Positions 51,400 to 64,000 of a stretch of 64,000 bases of DNA are shown piece after piece. Source of the stretch: Octopus sinensis (taxonomy: Eukaryota); contig NC_042998.1 of NCBI RefSeq assembly GCF_006345805.1, forward strand, positions 168,268,001-168,332,000, written 5' to 3'. Every line of letters starts with the position of its first letter. Position 1 is the first letter of the stretch. The translations under genes and the position numbers were made by a program. Under the pieces are notes generated by a model. The model did not search any database. It saw nothing but the letters and a program-made list of their open reading frames with translations, and was not told the origin of the DNA.

Positions 51400-52000
51400 T
51401 CAAAACAGGTTGAGCGAGGACTTTTGTCTATTTGGTATCTACTATAAGACCAAATCTATCATATGGCCTGTCGAAATTGTTGATTGGATTTCCTTAACAT
51501 CGGTAGAATTACATCCCCAAAACTGGCCTTTTCTTCAATGTCAGAAAACACTTTAACCCTCCATAATTGCTAACACTTTATAAATTACAAATAAGGCTGT
51601 CAGTGGACTATTCTTCTCGCATCTGGGATGTTGCTGCTGTTATATACAATTATAGACATTCTAGACAGCATTCAGAGAAAGGCCACACTACTACATGGTA
51701 TAAAATCACTCACCGTCCCGGTCCAGCCAAAGTATTTGCGATCTCTCCTGATACACTTTTCTACCGCTACTATAATGGCCTCTGTTTCTTGAGGTTAGCT
51801 GGTCATGTGTTTCCTTCACTCATGAAGTCCTGACGCTTTCATCGCTTATCTTCTTATCATTCCTGTTCGGTCCGTCCGTCCGTCAGGTCTCGCTCCGACC
51901 ACTACACCCATCACCTTTTCTCACACAGAACTTGCTCATTTCTTATCAGCAACCATCAACGTGCAGTGATTTAAGCGGAGCATTGACGGAACTACTCCTA
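51400..52000 (+). pseudogene. Non-LTR (CR1/Zenon-like) RT C-terminal relic
   Basis: LLTLYKLQIRLSVDYSSRIW and LFYRYYNGLC. Confidence 0.6.
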
Positions 52001-52159
52001 CTGGCCCTCAGAGGATCAACAAAAGTTATGGGCATTGTGCTTTGTTCCATCCTTATTAGTCTAGAATAAAGATGCTATAGGAGCTATACATAAACGGAAA
52101 TGGTGTACATGGTGGTGTTAGGTGGGTGCGATGGTGAGGAGTGTGATGGTGGTGGTGAC

Positions 52160-52206
52160 CGTATTATTATTATTATTATTATTAGTAGTAGTAGTAGTAG
52201 TAGTAG

Positions 52207-52242
<36 letters not shown>

Positions 52243-52259
52243 GGTGTGGTGGTGGTGGT

Positions 52260-52341
<82 letters not shown>

Positions 52342-52348
52342 GGTGGTG

Positions 52349-52415
<67 letters not shown>
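52160..52415. repeat. Compound (ATT)/(TAG)/(TGG) microsatellite
   Basis: Direct reading; source of the poly-T/V ORFs. Confidence 0.95.
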
Positions 52416-52416
<1 letters not shown>

Positions 52417-52682
52417 CGGGGTCGTCGTCATCGTGGCGGCGGCGGGAAGGTCAGTAAAGAAGCTAGATAAAGCAATTAGTAAGCATGTAATTTTATTTTT
52501 TATTTGTTTTCTTTTCTTTTCAAACATGCTAACGTCCAGATAGCTGCGAGGTTAGTAACAAAGTTGAAGTAAAACAGATAAGAGAGAAATCAGATAAAAG
52601 AATGTTCGAAATTCAAAACAAACACACTTCTGAAGCCATTGAGATTCAAACAAGAAAATATCACTCACACGCACACATTCAT

Positions 52683-52732
<50 letters not shown>

Positions 52733-52789
52733 ATCTCATATACATACATACACACACATACACATATATATAATATATAAAAATTCTTT

Positions 52790-52969
52790 TATTCTTTTAT
52801 ACTTTTATTTGTTTCAGTCATTTGACTGCTGTCATGCTGGAGCACGGCCGTTAATCAAACAAATCGTCCCCAGGATTTATTACACCGGTTGTCAAGCGAT
52901 GGTAGGGATACCGACACAGACACACAAACACACACACAAACACATACACACACACACACAAACACACAC

Positions 52970-53012
<43 letters not shown>

Positions 53013-53145
53013 TACCAAGTCTACTCAGAAGGCTTTGATCGGCCCGAGGATATAGTAGAAGACTCTTGCCCAAGCTGCCACGCAGTGGGACTGAACCCGT
53101 AGCCATGTGATTGGAAAGCAAGCTTATTACAACACAGCCACGCCT
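52790..53145 (-). mobile_element. SINE family B with internal deletion
   Basis: The tail joins directly to caccggttgtcaagcg and lacks about 70 bp present in other copies. Confidence 0.8.
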
Positions 53146-53658
53146 TCACCTCCACACATCCACTCACGCGCCTCCACACAGCAAAGCCTGCGCCTGTGTA
53201 CATATATGTACGTCATTATCCAGTCTTATTTCGAGATTTCTTGCCAATAGAGAAAGAACCGGTTTCTAACCTAAATCCAAGTTCCTTCGATGGAGATTCA
53301 ACAACATCAACAGGGGATTTTTGTATGTATGTATATGTGTAGGTTTGTATGATTTGCTTTGTGTATGTCTTCTCAAGCATATGCGTGCATATCTTGACAT
53401 GCTCATAGGTACTTAAATGTATGTATATACGTATGTATGTATGTATGTATGTATGTATGTATGTATGTATGTATGTATGTATGTGTATGTATGTATGTAT
53501 GTACGTATGTATGTATGTATGTATGTATGTATGTATGTATGTATGTATGTATGTATGTATGTATGCATGCATGCATGTATGTATGTATGTATGTATGTAT
53601 GTATGTATGTATAAATGCGACAAACATAAAGGCACGCGCAAATGCATACATACATACA

Positions 53659-53690
<32 letters not shown>

Positions 53691-54650
53691 CACATGTATA
53701 CATACGTACATATATACATACATATATATATTTGTGTGTATTCTTTTATTCTTGTATACGTTTCAACCCCAAAGCTGTGGCCATGCTTGTGCACCGCCAG
53801 TGAAAGATGTTTACGACACCTAGGTTTCGCAAGCGGTCACCTATCTAAGTACTAAACTCGACGTTGCTTAATTTCGGTGATCAGACCAGAACCGATGTTT
53901 CAAAGTAATACACTCACACACTCACACACACACATGCACACACACATATACACACCCATACACACACATGCGCACACATCTATATACATACATAGATATA
54001 TATGTATATACATACGACGGGCTTCGACATAGTTTCCTCTGTACCAAATCCATTCACAAAGCATTGGTCAATCTTGGACTATAATTGAAGATATTTACCT
54101 ATAGTGCTGCACAGTGGGAATGAATCCGATATCATGTGGTTAAGAAGTGAATTTCTTAACCAAATAGCCATGTTCTTCCATTCATAAAAACATCATCACC
54201 ACCAACAACAACAATAGCAACCACTGCACCAACAGGAACATAACTATGAGCATCGGTACAACGACACTCTTACTCATCTCGGATCTTTTCATATTTGGTG
54301 TAGTGATGTAGTTTTGTATGCTAACGATTGACATAAAATTCATTTTCGTCATAAATCAATAAAGCTTTAAAATTTTTCAAATTTTAGATAATTTTAGCCA
54401 ATCGTAAGTCACAGACACATTCATATCTGTTTCCTTAGTAACAAGCTAAGCATGAGAACTCTTTTGTCTGAGATAAAGCACATGTTAACAAATATATTCT
54501 ACTCATTGGTCGTGAGATATGCTGAAAATAACAGCCAAGTAGGTCTTAAATAAAGCAGCGCCAAAGTTTTTGGCTTGGTTTTTGCATAATCGAATGAATT
54601 TCTGTGTGTAGAATACATATTGGCAAAAATTTTCGGAAAGTTCAAAAATA

Positions 54651-55168
<518 letters not shown>

Positions 55169-56205
55169 GTACTGCAGAATTCCGCCAATATTTCATTTAT
55201 TTACAATTGACAACACCTGCAAAATGACAACTTCCAAATCTTGTTTTCTAATTGGGTAAAATTTATCAAACTTTGTACTTCTATAACTTGTTTTTTTTTT
55301 TAATTCTGAAAAAAAAAAAAATGAAATGAAATATCTCCTGAGATTCAGCGTGGAAAATGACATCAATCCACCAAATTTTTAATTTTCACTAAACTTTGAA
55401 ATTTCCACAGGAGTATCCAAACAGAAAAGATCCCTCATCTCTGCACTGCCATGATTTTATTAACTCTACCATCACCACTATCGCTACTACCAACGCATTT
55501 TCTTCATTCCTTACAGAAGCCCTACTATTATCACCACCACCACCACCACCACCACCACCACGCGCTACCACGACCATCACCACTATCACCACCAGAACTA
55601 ACAGCAACAATAGTCAATCGTAAAGAACATAGAAATACTACTTTCATCCCTAGAAAGAGAACACCAATAACAATTTTACCCTGTAAAAGCCCTAAAAAGC
55701 AAATATAAAGAAATTCATACGGCAAAATACACCGAAAAGTAATTAGCGATAGTAAAAGTAATAAACAAAACAAAAACAAACAAATAAACAAACATAGGGA
55801 CGATTTGATTGGTTAAGACATTGTTAATGGCTTTTGTAGTAATGTAGTTGATGTCTGTAAAACAGATTGCTTGGACAAAGAGATCAAACGACGACGAAGA
55901 TATTCCACGACTAATCAGTTAATAAGACAGTCTCGTCTTCTACACACAAATGAAAGACGAAATCGTCGTTAATATAACATTGCTCACGGGGAAACAAAAA
56001 TGGCTGTCATACCAACAAACAAATACAGACTCACACACACACACACACGCACGAAGGCGCGCACACACAAACTCACACACATTGGACCAACAATGAACTT
56101 CCGAGTTCTAATATATGTAACTGTGGACTCTCAGCAAGAGTTTATGCCGTCCTTTAGTTTATTATTTGATATATATACATATATTTGTGTGTGTGTGTTT
56201 GTGTT

Positions 56206-56303
<98 letters not shown>

Positions 56304-56789
56304 AGACGAACCAACGAAACTAAGTTACATGTTGCCGAATCAAATTGTTTTAAATAACAGTTATAACTGCTACTGTGTGTTGAGTGCTTCTTTCTTTCGT
56401 CTATCCACTCATATATATATATATATATAGACACACACACACGGGTGTGCATGATTGTGTATAGAATATACCAATCAAAGGAATTCCAACTTTGATTTTC
56501 ACGTTTTATGTACAATCTTTTAATAATATAATTTAATATAATATATAATATAATATTATGAGATGATAGGGTATTAAATGTTAATTCTGAGTGAACTAGT
56601 ACTTTCATGCATCAAATTATGCAATCTTTAGGTTCATATAGTAGTGGTGACAGTTATGTTTTACGATTTACAACTGTAGTGATCCTGCTAAAATGTGTGC
56701 CTTAAATACATTTGTATAGGCTCTACAGTGTTAAGTTTTACAAACTGTATTCTGAGCAATCAGTGCGTGGCTTCATTAAATTACATAAG

Positions 56790-57940
56790 TTGATTAGTGT
56801 TTGGTTTAGGCAATATGGGATGTTGTGTTTTGTATGTGGTGGATGGCACGACTTAAAATTCAGGTATTAATCTGTCCGTGTGTGTTTATTGTATACACCT
56901 GTGATAATGTTGGTGCCCTTTTTAATTACCATTATCTCTAGGAATTATAATTTGGTACTACTCATCTGCTTTGTAAATTGGAGAGTTGTGTGTAAGCTGT
57001 TCAGGATATTAAACTCTTCCAGAGTATTTAGAAATTCTGTCCAGATTATGAAGCAGTCTTCAAGGTATCTCTTCCATGCCTTTTCAATATACTTTCTAAA
57101 TTCAGAGCTATAGCTTTCCTCTACTTCTTGTTAGAGTTGCTGTTCTAAGTATCCCATTATAGAGTTCGCGGAACGGGAGCAAACCTCGTTCCCATCGCCT
57201 TGCCTTTAATTTGGATGTAATCTTTCCATTGAAGAAGAATGTGTTGTTTTCCAAAATAAGTCTCACTGTGTCTAATATAAATGGCACTGTAAATCTGTTG
57301 GGGAATCACCTCTCTATGTTTTCTACTCAGTATTTAATCACCTTTGTTCCTAAATCATGTGGAATATTGGTGTAAATGCTTGCCACATCAAAACTAAGTA
57401 AAAGTGAATTCGTTTCTATTGTTTGGGGAAGATGGGACAGGAAATTGATGTCATCCCAGATGAAACTAGGTATGTAGGTACATGGTTTCAAAACAATGTC
57501 AATAAAATTGCTTAGACGGTGGGTGGGGCATACTGAACCAGCTATAATAGGTCTAAATTTTAAGTCTTTGGGATATAGTAATTTTAAGTACTCACTTTCT
57601 TGTTATTTTACTGCATATTTTTTTTCTCTCTAGTTTCAGCTCAGAGCTGCGGCCATGCCGATGCACCACCGTTAAAATATGAATATCTTTTAACTTATAT
57701 ATTTTCGGTAAACCGTAGAAGTTGCTGGGCTATGGCTCGAAATTAGTGATGCAGTCTCTTTCATTATCGGTAAGTGAGTTGTAATGTTTTGAACCCAGGT
57801 TGTTGATCTTCTTCATGATGTGGTGGTCTATATTTGAAGGTATTTCACAATAGAAGGTTGTGTCCTTCAGTTGGTCCTCAACCAAATCCTTGTAGTATTC
57901 GGCATTCACAATAACAATTGCACCCACTTTATCTGCTTAT
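56790..57940 (-). pseudogene. Penelope-like retroelement reverse transcriptase relic, interrupted at about 57600-57720
   Basis: GAIVIVNAEYYK; FRPIIAGSVCPTHRLSNFIDIVLKP; SFDVASIYTNIPH; GKAMGTRFAP; WKRYLEDCFIIW; LNSLHTTLQFT; NFKSCHPPHTKHNIPYCL, all typical PLE RT motifs, with stops and frameshifts. Confidence 0.9.
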
Positions 57941-60103
57941 TTCATTATTATTACGGAGATGTACTTGCATAGCAAGCGACCTGATCTGAGATAGTATGCT
58001 GAAACAAAAACAATTGCAGCGTGGAAGATGTTTATAAGCCATTTAAAAACACATAAAAACCGTTAGATTACTTCAACATTTAAATTCAATATGTCAAAAA
58101 TATTTTCGTCGCTTTGAGATCGCAACCTGTTCACTGACAAAATTCCGTGCTGCATCTGCACTTATAAGTACGATATTATTATTATAGGTTTGACTTTTGC
58201 TTTGTATTTGTACAAGTTGGCTCCAAGTCTCAACCAGAGACCTCAAGAGACAGGTTAGAAGTTCATGTTGGTATTATGCCTAGGGTGTCATATATTTGGT
58301 TTTGTACATAGTATTATTCAAGAGAATGTTTAAGAAAACAAGAAAAGTTTGTGTTTGTTTTAAAATTTGAGATTACATACAAGCAATACTAGCCAAATTT
58401 CCTGTAACTCCGGCCGTACTCTTTACAATTCTGATGGTAATGGATAGAAAGTTACAGTTCTACTCTGTCTTAGTGTTATACAGAATCACAAGATATTTCA
58501 TGATTAGTTAGATAGAAAACAGAATAACTGTGGTTTAAAACTAATTTATGAACAACGTGCTGAAAATTGCACCTGAGAAAATTCAAGGATATGTAGTAGC
58601 ATATGGTGCAATTTCACTTAACACAAGTATTTAAAACAATACACACCTGAAAAAATAAATGTACCTGAAATAATACATGTAGCTGATTTCCGACAATAAG
58701 CTAATAAACTCCATATTTTATTATCTTATATAATCAACACAGACTTTTAAGACAGTATACACATTTAAGCATTGCATTTAAATATATCACCAATCAATGT
58801 CTGTCATCAGTTTAGTTTGACAAACGTAAATGTTATCAGACAGATAGCAATTGTCATTCAAGTGAACCGGAAACAAAGTTACAGTAGTAAAACGGACATT
58901 GAGAAAATATAAAGCTTCCTGGTTATACTTGCAATAAAAGCACTTGCCCATTAGCATGTATTTACTTTTGCTATTAAAGAACATACGAATCGACTTCATT
59001 TTCTAGTTACACCACTACCCAGCAAAAACACCCGACTTAGCTTATCTAAACAATTGACAGCAAGGAGCAGCAAAATCCAATCAAAATAAATAATGCTAAG
59101 TCATACTCCGATCAGAGAAGTTTTATCTGGTCGAAAGGATTGTCAACTCATTCTAAAGCAGACCCTTCAACTTAAGATGCCTCATTTCATACGACCCACG
59201 AAAACAGTTTCCGCTGTTGCATAAAAATAGTAGCGACTTAGTCTAAATACCTTTTACTTTACTTTAATTTAGTAAATCATCTCTTATTTAATATTTCTGC
59301 TTTGCAAATCAATCATGCACTACACATCGTATCTTGGCATCGGCCAACGCATAAAACAAAGTATCTTTTCACAGAGAATTTATGTTTAATGCAATGCATA
59401 TCTATGCTGCCATGAAAATGTTTTAGACACGTAGTAACAGTTAACATATTCTTATATATTTATATGGATCAATGGTTCGTAACCTGAGAATAACTTTTTT
59501 CGTGTAATTCGTATGGGCGAATTACATTAGAAGTCCATTTGGTGGAATTCTGGTTTCATTGGGGGGGGGGGGGTGCAGAAAAATTTTTTTGCGAATCTGT
59601 TCCATACACAATAATTCATGCAATTATGAAAAAAAAATTTCCCTATTTTTTAACACCCACCCCCTCTCATATTGTAGAATTTCCACTTTTTGTAAATTTC
59701 TTGTTTTAAAATCGAGTTTGAAATACGAACAGTACCATTAAATGCGTTTATGGGGAGAAAAATATTGAAAACATCATTACATGTCAGACTGGCAAAGCAA
59801 CAAGGTATCAGGTCGTGGGATGTTCTAAAAACGCCCGCTAAATTTTCCTTAAATCACACACGATTTTTTTTTTTTTCATAATCATATGAATTCCCGTGTG
59901 TAGAACACAAATAAGCAAAATATTTCTGAAAACTCAAAACATTCAAAATGTTATGAGGGATCATATAGTGTGCTTAAATAAGAATTCCGCCGTCCATTTA
60001 AATTCGATATAACGTATCACTTGAAAGGATCAACGTTGTTGGAAAAAATATGTAGATTTGGTTATTTTGCCCCTTTTCTTTAGTTTGGGTTTAGCTTTTG
60101 TTG

Positions 60104-60602
60104 ATAAGGAATTTGAGCTTTCTTCAAGATTATTCTTTTCTACTCTAGGCACAAGGCCCGGAATTTTAGGTAGGGGATCAGTCGATAAGATCGAACCCAG
60201 TATGCAACTGGTACTTAATTTATCGACCCCGAAAGGATGAAAGGCAAAGTCGACTTCGGCGGAATTTGAATTCAGAGAGTAAAGACAGACGAAATACAGC
60301 TAAGCATTTTGCCCGGTGTGCTAACGTTTCTGCCAGCTCGCCGCCTTTTTCTTCAAGTTTATTGTGAACGTAAAATTTTAGCAGCATACCGGGCGAAATG
60401 CTTAGCTGTATTTCGTCTGTCTTTACGCTCTGAATTCAAATTCCGCCGAAGTCGACTTTGCCTTTCATCCTTTCGGGGTCGATAAATTAAGTACCCGTTG
60501 CGTACTGAGGTCGATCTTATCGACTGGTCCCCTCCCCAAAAATTCCGGGCCTTGTGCCTAGAGTAGAAAAGAATAAGCTTGAAGAAAGCTCAAATTCCTT
60601 AT
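60104..60602. repeat. Inverted duplication of a family A SINE plus its unique 3' flank
   Basis: 60104-60322 is the reverse complement of 60383-60602, including the non-SINE flank ataaggaatttgagctttcttcaag. Confidence 0.92.
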
Positions 60603-60627
60603 GGTGATGTCCTGTACCCATACATGC

Positions 60628-60662
<35 letters not shown>

Positions 60663-61364
60663 GGATCAAGAAGGTAACAGGCGACAAAACATCCGGACAG
60701 TTAGACGATACAAAAATGGACAGGAATAAACAAGGTCGGATCATTCGGAGCTTCCTATCCTCAGCCGAATTCCAGATCATCTTTGCAGTTTCGGCCAATT
60801 ACACTTGAGACTGCTCCAATCTGGCCGGTCCCAAGAAAATCTATGCTAAGAGCACTAGACTCCTTGGAAGAAAGCAAGCGAATGTATACGAAAACAAGTA
60901 CGAAAAAAAAACGGAGAAATGGTACACAATTACAAATACAAACTACAGGACATTAACAACAGGTTTCTTTCGACTAAGGACGAATCAAATTAAGCTGGTG
61001 TGTGTGGAAATGAAGCCTTACGGCAGGGACATAAGAGATGGAAGTCATAGAAAGGATTATAAGAGTTGCTACACGGATGGTAGTCGAACCAAGAAAAGTC
61101 AGTTTTTTATCGGAATACCGGTCACGTGGAAGGAGAAGAGAGACATAGATGCAGAGGGACTGAAGAATTAGGGAGGGGCGAGAAAGAGAGAAAAAGAAAG
61201 TAAAGGGACAGAGTGAGGCAAAAGAGGGGAGAAAAGGAGAATGGAGGGAAGGTCATAAAATGTGAGAGAGGGGGAGCGAGTAAAAGAAAAGTGGAAAGAC
61301 CGAAGAAAGTATGAAGGGGGTTAAGAAAGAGTAAAAGAGTCGTACAGAATTTATATATATATAG

Positions 61365-61398
<34 letters not shown>

Positions 61399-61660
61399 TA
61401 TATATATATACAGACACATACATACAAACATATTTGCACATACATACATACACACCTAATTATTATATGTATATATTTATGTGTATGTATATGTATAGCC
61501 GAAATTGTGAAGATGATCCGGTTCTTGACTGAAAATTGAAGGCTTCGAATGTCCCGTCCGTGTTTTTTGTATCGTCTTCTAATGTTTCACGTTCTTGTCC
61601 CAGTTTGTATTTTTTTTTACATTTACACACCACACCACCACACACACACACACACCACAC

Positions 61661-61708
<48 letters not shown>

Positions 61709-61851
61709 AATTATTTATATTTGACGGGTATTTGTCCTCATCTTGCTTGTTGTTAACACAACGTGTTAACATCTCGTGTCTTGGGGGAAATTTCGAACCT
61801 GGGTTCTCATTCCTAAGGTATTTTTCGTTGTTGTTGTTGTTGTTGTTATTA

Positions 61852-61882
<31 letters not shown>

Positions 61883-61992
61883 TATTATTCAGGTGACTGC
61901 CTGGAATCGAACTTGGAATCTCGGGGTTAGTAGCCCGCACCCTTAGCCACACGCCCGTGGAAGAGGACAAATATCCGTCAAATGTAAATAAT
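61709..61992. mobile_element. Composite repeat bounded by about 31-bp inverted repeats, containing a minus-strand tRNA-like head
   Basis: attatttatatttgacgggtatttgtcctc / gaggacaaatatccgtcaaatgtaaataat; internal ggaatcgaacttggaatc...cttagccac. Confidence 0.6.
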
Positions 61993-62027
61993 GTACATAA
62001 TTCCTCATCTCTTAAATATAGAACTGT

Positions 62028-62106
<79 letters not shown>

Positions 62107-62268
62107 CGACGGGCTTCCTTCAGTTACCGTCTACCAAATTCACTCACAAGGCTTTGGTTGGTCCGAAGATATAGTAGAAGACACTTGCCTAATGTGCCAT
62201 GCAGTGGGACTGAACCCAGAACCCTGTGATTGGTAAGCAAGCTATTTACGCTACACAGTCCTGCGCGT
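62028..62268 (-). mobile_element. (TAGA)n microsatellite followed by the 5' half of a family B SINE
   Basis: Direct reading. Confidence 0.8.
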
Positions 62269-62280
62269 ATATATATATAT

Positions 62281-62319
<39 letters not shown>

Positions 62320-62332
62320 AGAAGGCAAAGAT

Positions 62333-62379
<47 letters not shown>

Positions 62380-63874
62380 AATATATATGTATGTATGTAT
62401 GTATGAATGTATGTATTAGGTATGTATTACATACATACATATATATATAATATACATATATATATGTATATATATATGCATGTATATACTTATACATACA
62501 TGTATGTGCGTGTATGTATGTGTATATTATATCTGTTGATCTACATAGATAGCTCTCTTTCCGTCTCTCTCTCTCACTCTCTCTCTCTCTCTCTCTCTCT
62601 ATTAGATCGTTATAAATTCAGCAGTTCATTAAGTACATATATTTAGCTATATTTATTCACCATACAACCATGGTGCAGCTAGTGTTCATCGTCGTCACCA
62701 CCACCACCAGCACCATCACAACCACCACCAGCACCATCACAACCACCACCAATATCCTTCTCCTCCTACTTCTTCCCCTCCTTTTCTCATCGTCATCATC
62801 ATCATCATCCTCTTTATCATCGTCATCGTCTCGTCATCATTCGACCAATTGGCAACGCGATGTCAGTCTTTCATATTTTTCTCTTTAATTGGCCTGAATA
62901 TGTTTACGTCTAACACCCACCATACGCTCCAATAAAAATTCGGTCAGAAAGTATATGCCTGTTTCGGAAATATTATTAATAATAAATAGTTAGAGTACGG
63001 AGTGAACTCCTCAAAGCTGTAGTTACATTAAAATTTGTAATAAAAACAATCTAATTCGTCTTTCACTAAGGTACCACTTGCAATACTACCACCATCACCA
63101 CCACCACTTAATTCACGAAAGATGTTGATCTAACCAACACCGTCAACGGTAGTACGGCCTACTAAGAACTTGGACGATGGGTCTGTTGTTTCTTCACTTG
63201 CGTTTTTGTTGGGCTTTAGAATTATAATTTTGCTCAGTTCTAGATTCTGGGATTTTCATGTTGTAGATATGCATAATTATAGATGTCAGTGAGTGCAGTG
63301 ATTCCTTAAGGCTCTATATGTTTTGGGTGCATATTTGTGGTTTTGTCTGTTCTTGTAAGTTTTAAGCTTTTATCTTTCCCTATTATATTCAGTTTCTGGT
63401 GGAAGGAAAGGGATAAAATCTGGATCAAAGTAGTTGATGTTTATTTTTTGTGGTGTTGTTTTGTAATGCTTTTGGAAGTTCATTTTAGAGAAAAATCTAA
63501 TATGACTATTTGCTTTGTGTTGTATTCAGGCATCACTTTCTAAGGTGTGGTGTGTCTGTTGATTTTGATGTACACCCTAAATAGTCGAGTTTAAAAATGC
63601 TAATCCTTGACATCACATACCCACGAGAGTCCGTCTCTAAATCACAGGGAAAATTCGAACGAGTACACTCTACAATGAAACGTAAAATATTGAATACAAT
63701 ACATGATGGCCTCCATAGCAAAAAAAAAAAGTCTTTATCCCTTCCACGTGTATCTTTTTAACTAAACTGCCATTGACAACAGCAAAGCTTTCGACATCAT
63801 TGCCCGCCAGCTTTCACTCACTGTGCACCATATTAAAAAAAAAAACAACACAAAAAATTCTGGCAAAGATACTA

Positions 63875-64000
63875 CCGTATTTTTCGGAATACAAGTCGAA
63901 TTTTTCAGAGCACAACTTACAACCCAAAAAATGGGTAGGTCGACTTATACACCAAGACGACTTTGGAGGATAAAAATTTCCATGTAACATGCAGCAGGAT
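63875..64000 (+). mobile_element. Probable left end of a pogo/Tc2-like element running out of the window
   Basis: TA|ccgtatttttcggaatacaagtcg with internal gtcgacttatac motif. Confidence 0.45.

Noticed and set aside
63200-63560. Minus-strand LTRTDKTTN resembling the KADK motif upstream of PLE/LINE RTs
   Set aside because: It is a single short motif with no downstream RT motifs.

Overview
This 64 kb window looks like intronic or intergenic DNA from an octopus (Octopus-type) genome. That call is an inference from AT-richness, very dense microsatellites and tRNA-derived SINE families recognised from memory. No complete protein-coding gene, rRNA, tRNA or CRISPR array can be supported, and almost all ORFs in the supplied track are microsatellite read-throughs. 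The real coding signal is decayed transposon sequence: mariner, Tc1, pogo/Tigger, hAT, a Sola3-like element, Penelope-like RT and GIY-YIG, RTE and a CR1-like LINE. One weak candidate host first exon lies at 39108-39196 (-). Two observations stand out. (1) Three unrelated large foldback elements (2636-3266, 14337-14710, 50009-50533) each consist of two inverted arms. Each arm carries a degenerate minimal type I hammerhead ribozyme pointing outward from the centre. In each pair the lesions fall at different core positions, so the two-arm consensus largely rebuilds a catalytic core. (2) A nested transposon stack at 32.7-36.6 kb: a Tigger relic is split by a mariner, which is split by a Sola3-like element, and an RTE with a 28-bp target duplication sits in the right Tigger piece. 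All alignments, folds and identities were done by eye, and coordinates of degraded elements are approximate.
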